Shown: one piece after another, positions 1 to 7,166 of the stretch
Numbering within the stretch: the first letter of the stretch is position 1
How the letters are laid out: every line of letters begins with the position of its first letter
Source of the DNA: Octopus sinensis
Lineage: Eukaryota
Direction: 5' to 3'
Assembly: GCF_006345805.1 (NCBI RefSeq)
Contig: NW_021826921.1
Location: 1-11,922 of the forward strand
DNA length: 11,922 nt
Notes under the pieces: model-generated
Told to the model about the DNA's origin: nothing
Seen by the model: the letters and a program-made list of their open reading frames with translations, nothing else
Databases searched by the model: none
Position numbers and translations under genes: made by a program

Positions 1-47
1 CTATATGACGATACTAGTCAACTAACTGAAAATATATTGACTAAAGC

Positions 48-281
48 AATGGTGGTGGCGTTGGAGATGCAGATGCTGGCTGTTTGCGGCGGTGGTTAGT
101 GTGGTGGTTGTAGTAATGGTGGTGGAAGCAGCACACGTCTCAGTAGCAGGGTCAGCGGCAGAAGTGGCGGTAGCAGCAGAAGTGGCCGTAGCAGCAGCTA
201 CACCAGCGGTAACACTGGCAGCGACGGTGGAGGAAGCAGCAGCAGGGACTGCAGTGACAGGAATGGCAGAAGAGACGGCAT
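48..281. repeat. Degenerate GGT/GCA trinucleotide low-complexity tract
   Basis: Runs of GGTGGT, AGCAGC and GGCGGT. The translations (Val/Ala-rich or Gly/Ser-rich) are purely compositional. Confidence 0.6.
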
Positions 282-610
282 GACATCTTGGGCAAGTGTC
301 TTCTGCTATAGCCCCGGGCCAACCAAAGCCTTGTGAGTGGATTTGGTAGACGGAAACTTAAAGAAGCCTGTCGTATATATGTATATATATATATATGTAT
401 GTGTGTGTATGTGTTTGTGTGTTTGTCCCCCTTGCATTGCTTGACAACCGATGCTGGTGTGTTTACGTCCCCGTCACTTAGGGGTTCGGCAAAAAGAGAC
501 CGATAGAATAAGTACTGGGCTTACAAAGAATAAGTCCCGGGGTCGATTTCTTCCACTAAAGGCGGTGCTCCAGCATGGCCGCAGTCAAATGACTGAAACA
601 AGTAAAAGAG
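282..610 (+). mobile_element. 5'-truncated tRNA-derived SINE (octopus CORE-type/OR2-like family, name unverified)
   Basis: Starts at CATCTTGGGCAAGTG (CORE-like), has an internal (TA)/(TG) tract and ends ...GACTGAAACAAGTAAAAGAG. It is collinear with the reverse complement of the full copies at 731-1421 and 7745-8091. Confidence 0.85.
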
Positions 611-955
611 TCTTCAATACATAACAAAAGCAAACGGATATAGAATGGTTACATCTGAAGATAAAGATTATATCTCGCCTAACATTGAAAATTCAGTTTA
701 GTGGGTGATTAGGTTCATTATTCATTATAACTCTCTTTACTCTTTTACTTGTTTCAGTCATTTGACTGTGGCCATGCTGGGGCACCACCTTTAGTCGAGC
801 AAATCGACCCCGGGACTTATTCTTTTGCAAGCCCAGTACTTATTCTATGTGTCTCTTTTGCCAAACCGCTAAGTAACGGGGACGTAAACACACCAGCATC
901 GGTTGTCAAGCGATGTTGGGAGGACAAACACAGACACACAAAGATATACACACAC

Positions 956-995
<40 letters not shown>

Positions 996-1000
<5 letters not shown>

Positions 1001-1237
1001 GGGAAGGTTTACGAAAATAAACAAAAGACGAAGGCACATTTACAAAAATAAACAAAAGACGAAGGCAGGTGGAGTACAAACAAACAATGTATTAGTATGG
1101 CGCTCAGGAATAGAAATAAAACAAGTCTTTTACGTTTCGAGCCTACGCTCTTCGACAGAAAGATACACAGAAAAGAAACAAGGAGAGGAACAAGGAGAGA
1201 AAAAATTTGCGTGTAGGGGCTACGATCCAACATGGCA
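996..1237 (-). mobile_element. Non-coding Penelope-like (pLTR-type) fragment carrying a hammerhead-like motif, nested in the SINE's (TA)n
   Basis: Bounded by (TA)n on both sides and contains the motif at 1126-1163. It shares GTATTA(G/T)T..G.CGCTCAGGAA with the 9201-9416 element. Has an internal 29-nt duplication (1008-1036 / 1039-1067). The Penelope assignment is inferred from the ribozyme architecture. Confidence 0.6.
1126..1163 (-). ncRNA. Minimal type-I hammerhead ribozyme-like motif (A6U core variant)
   Basis: Minus strand reads TCTTT-CTGTCGA-A-GAGC[GTAG]GCTC-GAAA-CG-TA-AAAGA: 5-bp stem I, 4-bp stem II, ACGT palindromic stem III and a GUA cleavage triplet. Confidence 0.6.
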
Positions 1238-1721
1238 TTATATATATATACATATATACGACGGGCTTTTTTCAGTTTCTGTCTACCAAATCCACTCACA
1301 AGGCTTTGGTCAGCCCGAGGCTATAGTAGAAGACACTTGCCTGAGGTGCCACGCAGTGGGAATGAACCCAGAACCATGTGATTGGTAAGCAAGTTACTTA
1401 CCACACAGCCACTCCTACGCCTTTAAGCTAACTTTTCCTTTGCATTATAAAAGGAAAGTTATTAACATCTACAGCTAATGTTACATTTAGAAAATTAATT
1501 TTTACAGGGATATCTCATTCACTGAAAAATTAAATAATTGATATCGTCTCTGAATTTATCACGCTCATTTATGTTTTGGAAGTGAAATAGTCCATCATCA
1601 CGATAAATGCCCCCCGTGAAACATAAGCAAACATTTATATATTGAAAATTTAAAACATTATAAAACGTTGATTTCACATATCATTGTTCTATCAATGGCG
1701 CCCATAACTACATCAAACAAA

Positions 1722-1952
1722 TTCTCTCTCTTTCTCTTTCTCTCTCTCCTCTCTCACTCTCTCTGGTCACAGTCAAATATATGTGCATGTGTGTATATAT
1801 ATATATATATATAGATATAGATATATATATATATACATATATATACATATATATACACAGATATATATATATATATGCATACAAACGCATATATACATAT
1901 ATGTGCATACAAAAGCACACATGCACGCTGACGCATATACATGCACACAAAC
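1722..1952. repeat. Compound (CT)n, (TA)n and (CA)n microsatellite
   Basis: Read directly from the sequence. Confidence 0.95.
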
Positions 1953-2188
1953 AGATAAAAGGAATGCATCTCCAATAACGAACAGATTCAACATCCATTG
2001 ACAAGATTGCAAAAGCAACAAAATTTTTTGGAAGGAAAATATATATAATGAGTGGAAATCTAACCGGTGTGTGTGTTAGATGATAAAGAATTAAGACCAT
2101 ATGACCCTCCCCAGACACAACAAAATTTGCTTTAACACACGAATTCACATAAAGAATTTTACAAGCCAGATACAAAAACGAAGTCTAA

Positions 2189-2216
2189 ATAGACAGACAG
2201 ATAGATAGATAGATAG
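2189..2216. repeat. (GACA/GATA)n tract abutting the LINE 3' end
   Basis: ATAGACAGACAGATAGATAGATAGATAG. Confidence 0.9.
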
Positions 2217-2914
2217 TTATGTTTCTTTATTAGCCACACAGGGCTGCACACAGATGGGACAGATTACAAAGTAGAGCTTTTCCTTTTTGGAAAAAAAAAA
2301 AGTTGGGTAGGTTTTCGATCAAAAGGGATCGTCAAAGGGAAAGAAGAAGAAAAAAAGAAAGAAAAAAAGGAAAAGAAACAAAAGAAAAGAAAGAAGGAGA
2401 AAAAAAAGGAAAAAAGGGGAAAAAGAAAAAAAACGATCAATAGGAATCGTGTATCACAGTGTCATGATGTACGATGTAAAGGGGGAAGCAGATAAGGTTT
2501 ATCCATGGGAAGAAAAGCCTACGGAAAAGACCACAGTAACCTCGGTCAATATTGTTACATGTTACCACATTTGTTTGCAAGTGGGTAACCCTCTGTTTTC
2601 AATTTCTGGGTTCATAGGATTATGCTCAAGGTGGCTTCATCATTCATACGTGCCATCCTTGCTACATTCACCCATCTTTTTTTAAAACATTTGCTAGACA
2701 AAACTTGCCTCTCTACTCTCACTTTCCTTTTCAAGTGGTACTTGAAGAAGTTGATGAGAGATTGACCAGAGAGGAAAGTGTTTGTCTCCAATCCTTTCAG
2801 ACGTGTCCACCAGATACATTCCTTCGCCATAGCCACAAGAATGATGAAAATAGCTCTTCCTTCTCATTTGAAAGAAGGAGGCGTGACAATATTGACGATA
2901 GACTCAGCTGATAA
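2217..2914 (-). mobile_element. 5'-truncated L1-clade (Tx1-like) non-LTR retrotransposon
   Basis: ORF2 C-terminal remnant (2612-2914), then a ~395-nt 3' UTR with a pyrimidine tract on the element strand and AATAAA (2226-2231) just before the end. Flanked by (GATA)n on both sides. Confidence 0.72.
2612..2914 (-). pseudogene. C-terminal ~100 aa of an L1/Tx1-type ORF2 with one in-frame stop
   Basis: [40 protein letters not shown]...FFKYHLKRKVRVERQVLSSKCFKKRWVNV resembles the AK..IWxxR...F...L..R...E......F..RW pattern at the end of L1/Tx1 ORF2. The TGA at 2864-2866 is plausibly a decayed CGA. Confidence 0.68.
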
Positions 2915-2951
2915 AGATAGATAGATAGGTAGATAGATAGAAAAATATATG

Positions 2952-3009
<58 letters not shown>

Positions 3010-3054
3010 TAGATAGACAGACAGACAGACAGATAGATAGACAGACAGACAGAC

Positions 3055-3112
<58 letters not shown>

Positions 3113-3165
3113 GTAGTAGTAGGTAGGTAGATAGATAGGTAGGTAGATAGATAGGTAGATAGATG

Positions 3166-3224
<59 letters not shown>
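2915..3224. repeat. (GATA)n/(GACA)n/(GGTA)n tetranucleotide microsatellite
   Basis: Read directly from the sequence. Confidence 0.97.
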
Positions 3225-3226
<2 letters not shown>

Positions 3227-3636
3227 AACTGTGTGACATGAAGCAATGAAGTATATAAGTACCAGCACTTCATATCAATTTATCAAAATCTCCGAGCATT
3301 CCAGAGTGACGCCAGTTGTAGAGTTTACAGTGAGATAAGTTACTTAATGACACCATTTGACTGGAGCATTTAAATGGAATCCACCAGGGACAGGGGGGAA
3401 ATGTTGCAACAGGGGGTTCAATTCTCACATGAGCTATTAAGTTTATATTAGCTGGGTTTTTTTTTTTTGTTGTTTCTGTTTTGTTTTTGTTTGGGTTCTT
3501 TCTTTCGATTGGAGTATAGGGCAATTTCGTTAAAGGGTAGAAGCTATCATAGACCCCAATTAGGGGACAATTTGCGTGAATGATTGAGACATGTTATATA
3601 CTATTGTTGGTGTTAAGGGCATGGATGGATGGATTC

Positions 3637-5077
3637 GTGTTGTTGTTGATGATGTTGGTGTTGGGGTTGGTGGAGGTTGTTACTTTCGCTGTTATTGTTT
3701 ATGTTTATTGTTGCTGTTGTTGTTGTTAGACTGAAGGTTTGTGGCTTATGAGGTGAGGTGGGGTACTGACATTGCTGTTGTTGCTGGTGGTGGTGGTGGT
3801 GATCATGTGAGGTGATGGGCATGGTCGTCGTGGTAGTGAATCATGTCAATGTCACTGTTTAATATTGCCGCGATGGTGCTGGTGGTGGTGGTGGTGGTGG
3901 TGGTGGTGGTGGTGAGGGTGTGGTGGTGAGGGTGGTTTTGGTGTGGTGGTGGTGGTGGTGGTGGTGGTGGTTTTGGTGTGGTGGTGAGGGTGGTGGTGTT
4001 GGTGGTGGTATTGGTGGTGGTGGTGGTGGTGGTGGTGGTGGTTTTGGTGTGGTGGTGAGGGTGGTGGTGGTGGTGGTGGTGGTGAGGGTGGTGGTGTTGG
4101 TGGTGGTGTTGGTGGTGGTGTTGGTGATGGTGGTGGTGGTGTGGTGGTGGTGAGGGTGGTGGTGGTGTTGGTGATGGTGGTGGTGGTGGTGGTGGTGAGG
4201 GTGGTGGTGGTGGTGTTGGTTGTGGTGGTGGTGGTGGTGGTGAGGGTGGTGGTGGTGGTGGTGGTTTTGGTGTGGTGGTGGTGAGGGTGGTGGTGTTGGT
4301 GGTGGTGTTGGTGGTGGTGGTGGTGGTGGTGTTGGTGGTGGTGGTGGTGGTGTTGGTGGTGGTGTTGGTGAGGGTGGTGGTGGTGGTGGTGGTGGTGGTG
4401 GTGGTGGTGGTGGTGGTGAGGGTGGTGGTGGTGGTGGTGGTTGTAGTGGTGGTGGTGGTGAGGGTGGTGGTGAGAGTGGTGGTGAGGGTGGTGGTGAGGG
4501 TGGTGGTGAGGGTGGTGGTGAGGGTGGTGGTGAGGGTGGTGGTGGTGGTGGTGGTGGTGGTGGTGGTGTGGTGGTGGTGAGGGTGGTGGTGGTGAATTAT
4601 GTCAATGTCAGTGTTTACTGTTGTTGTTGTTGTTGTGGCGGTGGTGGTGGTTGTTTTGGTAGTGATGGTGATGGTGGTTTTGGTGGTAGTGGTGGAGGCG
4701 ATTGTAGTGGTTTGTTTTGGTGGTAGTGAGGTGATGGTAGTGGTGGTGGTGATGGTAGAGGAGGTGATTGTGGTGGTGATGGTGATAGTAATAGTGGGGG
4801 TGGGGGTGCTGGAGGTGGTGCTAGTGCTGGTGTTGGTGCTGGTAGTAGTGGTGGTGGTGGTGGTGGTGGTGGTGATGGTAGGGAGATGATTGTGGTGGTG
4901 GTTGTGGTGGTAGTAGAGGTGATTGTGGTGGTGATGGTGATAGTAATGAATTTCTTTATTAGGTGGGGGGTGCTGGAGGTGGTGCTGGTGTTGGTGCTGG
5001 TGGTGGTGGTGGTGGTAGTGGTGGTGGTGGTGGTGGTAGTGGTGGTGATGGTGGTGGTGGTGGGGATGGTATGGTGG
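3637..5077. repeat. Long degenerate (GGT)n/(TGT)n trinucleotide satellite with higher-order subunits
   Basis: About 1.4 kb of GGT with recurrent variants (GAG GGT, GTT GGT, GGTTTTGGTGT) and duplicated non-repeat islands. Confidence 0.95.
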
Positions 5078-5279
5078 CATTTGTAATAAAGTTTGGGGAG
5101 GGGTCAACTTCAGATTTTGGGGTAGTCTTCACTTAATTTCCCAAGATGCTTCGTAGTGGAATCAAATCCCAACACACACACACACAAACTCTCCAACAAT
5201 GTGGTTTCTAAGTGGCCATTGGTTCATCTAGAAATAGCAGCCAAATTTCCCTCAAATCACATGCTTGTATCATTAAAAA

Positions 5280-5405
5280 AAGGAAGGACACAGCTGATAT
5301 ATCCAGAAGTACATAAAGCATGATGGTCACTTGTTGGAATGTCCAGAATCATTAATCTGCTAATTCATAACCGACCTGGGGTTAAACAACAACAAGGAAG
5401 GACAC
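5280..5405 (+). mobile_element. Short 5'-truncated retroposon (102 nt, 5292-5393) with (AAC)n tail and 12-bp target-site duplication
   Basis: AAGGAAGGACAC occurs at 5280-5291 and 5394-5405. The insert ends GACCTGGGGTTAAACAACAAC. Confidence 0.55.
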
Positions 5406-5552
5406 CTTATAAAACTGTAATACAATTTTTAAAAGATTGAATGGCTGAGGAGGTCCATCTGGGTAAAATGGGAGTCGAAGGGATCAATAGGTAAAATATG
5501 GTTGGGAATCACTTCCTTAGATAACACTAAAGAAAATTTATTTTTTTTATTG

Positions 5553-6380
5553 TCTTTGGTCAGTAAATGTTATTTCCTATTTGCTTCTATCTCGAAATCA
5601 AAGGAAATGACTACTTTCCCCTTCAATCTTTGCTTTTGTCACTTGGACATCAATGTTTTGAAACTGACCAATTTTCCATTACATTTCTGACAGATTCAGT
5701 GCTGAGTTGTTGAAGCAGAAATATCATTATGACAAATATTCTGCTTAATATCACAGATTCGTTTGTTGTTTTTGGTCAGTAAGTTTTATTTCCCGTTTTG
5801 CTTCTATCTAGAAATCAAAGGAAACGACTACTATTCCCTTCAAACTTTGCTTTTGTCCCCCAAACATCAATGTTCTCAATCTGACCTATTTTCCATTACA
5901 CTTCAGATAGATCCAGCATTGAGTTGCTGAAGCAGAAATATCGTTATAGCAAACATTCTGCTCAATATCACAGATTGGCTTGTTGTCTTTGGGCAGTAAG
6001 TTTTATTTCCTATTTGCTTCTATCTAGAAATCAAAGGAAACCACTAGTATTCCCTTCAAACATTGCTTTTCTAATCAGGACATCAATGTCTTAAAACTGA
6101 TCTATTTTCTGTTACATTTCACACAGATTCTGCGCTCAGTTGCTGAAGCAGAAATATTGTTATAGCAAATATTCTGCTCAATACCACAGATTTGTTTTTG
6201 GTCAGTAGGGGCTATTTGCTTCTATCTAGAAATCAAAGGAAATGACCATTATTCCTTTCAAGCTTTACTTTTGTCACCCAAACATCAATCTTTTGAAACT
6301 GACCCATTTTCCGTTACACTTCACACAGATTCACTGCTGAGTTGCTGAAGCAGAAATATCGTTATAACAAATATTCTGCT
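5553..6380 (+). repeat. Tandem array of ~4 diverged ~216-bp units with exon/intron-like signals
   Basis: The marker GAAATCAAAGGAAA is at 5594, 5811, 6027 and 6229 (periods 217, 216, 202). The last unit is interrupted by the foldback element and resumes near 6925 (AAACATTCT..CAAT..CACAGATT). Confidence 0.9.
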
Positions 6381-6619
6381 ACATTATTTACATTATTTAC
6401 ATTTTACGGATATTTGTCCTCATCTTGTTTGTTGTTAACATGTTTCAACTAATATACCTTCCAGCCTTCATCAGGTGTCTTTGGGAAATTTTGAACCTGG
6501 GTTCTCCTTCCTAAGGTATTTTTTGACGTTATTATTATTGATATTCAGGTCACTGCCTGGAATCGAACTCGGAATCTTGGGGTTAGTAGCCCACGCTCTT
6601 AACCACTACGCCATATGCC
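6380..6619 (-). mobile_element. Left arm of foldback element: tRNA-like head, hammerhead-like motif, (AATGTAAAT)n tail
   Basis: The reverse complement begins GGCATATGGCGTAGTGGTTAAGAGC (A box TGGCGTAGTGG) and has B box GAGTTCGATTCC. It is collinear with the right arm at roughly 90% identity by eye. Confidence 0.85.
6437..6479 (-). ncRNA. Degenerate hammerhead-like motif (left arm)
   Basis: GACAC-CTGATGA-A-GGCTG[GAAGGTATAT]TAGTT-GAAA-CATGTT. The core is intact, stem II is reduced to mostly G-U pairs, and a 3-nt deletion removes the cleavage site. Confidence 0.5.
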
Positions 6620-6623
6620 TGTG

Positions 6624-6921
6624 GGCATATGGCGTAGTGGTTAAGAGTGCGCATATGGCATAGTGGTTAAGAGTGTGGGCTACTAACCCCAAGATTCCGA
6701 GTTCGATTCCAGGCAGTGATCTGAATAATAATATCAAAAAATACCTTAGGAATGAGAACCCAGGTTTGAAATTTCCCCCAAGACACCTGATGAAGGCTGG
6801 AGGGTATATCAGCCAAAACGTTGTATTAACAACAAACAAGATGAGGACAAATATCCGTCAATTGTAATTAATGTAAATAATGTAAATAATGTACATAATT
6901 CCTCATCTCCTGAATATAGAA
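6624..6921 (+). mobile_element. Right arm of foldback element with duplicated A-box segment
   Basis: Inverted copy of 6380-6619 after a 4-nt spacer (TGTG). Contains a 26-nt tandem duplication (6625-6650 / 6651-6676). The tail is bracketed by a 9-bp inverted repeat (AGATGAGGA 6839-6847 / TCCTCATCT 6900-6908). The right boundary is approximate. Confidence 0.85.
6782..6827 (+). ncRNA. Minimal type-I hammerhead-like motif (right arm, G12A mutated)
   Basis: GACAC-CTGATGA-A-GGCTG[GAGGGTATAT]CAGCC-AAAA-CG-TT-GTATT: perfect 5-bp stem II, AACGTT palindrome, and GAAA changed to AAAA. Confidence 0.6.
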
Positions 6922-7099
6922 GAGAAACATTCTTTTCAATGGCACAGATTTGCTTGTCAGTTTCTTGACCTAAATAACTTGAGCATTTCCCTTGGTGGCT
7001 GATAATATGTGCATCTCTGATGAGGATTAGGCATAGTGGGGGAAGCATCATAGCCATGTTTTGAGGGGCATTCTTTGGGGTTTGAATGAATATTATAAC

Positions 7100-7166
7100 A
7101 AAGCAAAGTTTGAAAGAAATATTAGCCCTTTTTCATACTTTTTGGGGGTAAGCAAATGGGAAATAA
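7100..7166 (-). repeat. Inverted, diverged partial copy of the 216-bp array unit (intron-like part)
   Basis: AAAGCAAAGTTTGAA is the exact reverse complement of 5839-5853. AAGCAAATGGGAAATAA matches the reverse complement of 5570-5586 and 6003-6019 at 16/17. The spacing between the two blocks is conserved. Confidence 0.75.

Larger units (their letters stand above)
731..1421 (-). mobile_element. Full-length tRNA-derived SINE of the same family, interrupted by a nested insertion at 996-1237
   Basis: Minus-strand head GGCGTAGGAGTGGCTGTGTGG (A-box-like TGGCTGTGTGG), B-box-like GGTTCATTCCC, then CACCTCAGGCAAGTG. The 3' half at 731-960 ends in a (TAAAAGAG)-type tail. Confidence 0.9.

Noticed and set aside
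92-283. 63-aa Val/Ala-rich ORF (Gly/Ser-rich in another frame)
   Set aside because: Degenerate trinucleotide tract that runs into a SINE; no domain or splice evidence.
749-2175. ORFs with YIYI/CVCV/HTHT runs
   Set aside because: Translations of SINE and dinucleotide microsatellite sequence. The same applies to the ORFs at 2797-3273, 7449-9046 and 9269-9693.
3270-3524. 84-aa minus ORF containing HVRIEPPVATFPPCPWWIPFKC
   Set aside because: The N-terminus derives from a T-rich simple repeat, I recognise no family, and the splice acceptor is weak. It cannot be fully excluded without BLAST or RNA-seq.
3803-5107. 434-aa His/Thr/Pro mucin-like ORF
   Set aside because: The (ACC)n strand is nearly T-free, so stop codons are not expected. 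Switches between His, Thr and Pro blocks reflect slippage frameshifts, not codon structure.
5553-6380. CRISPR array, snoRNA cluster or miRNA cluster interpretation
   Set aside because: Eukaryotic context, with whole units homologous rather than unique spacers. There is no RUGAUGA C box, H/ACA boxes match only at low information, and the hairpin is too short and bulged for a typical pre-miRNA.
6651-6720. tRNA-Ser(ACT) gene
   Set aside because: A and B boxes and a CT-ACT-AA loop are present, but the acceptor, anticodon and T stems do not pair properly. It continues into a repeat body, so it is a SINE-type head.
7017-7050. CTGATGA as a fifth hammerhead or a C box
   Set aside because: No stem II followed by GAAA and no partner D box with a terminal stem.
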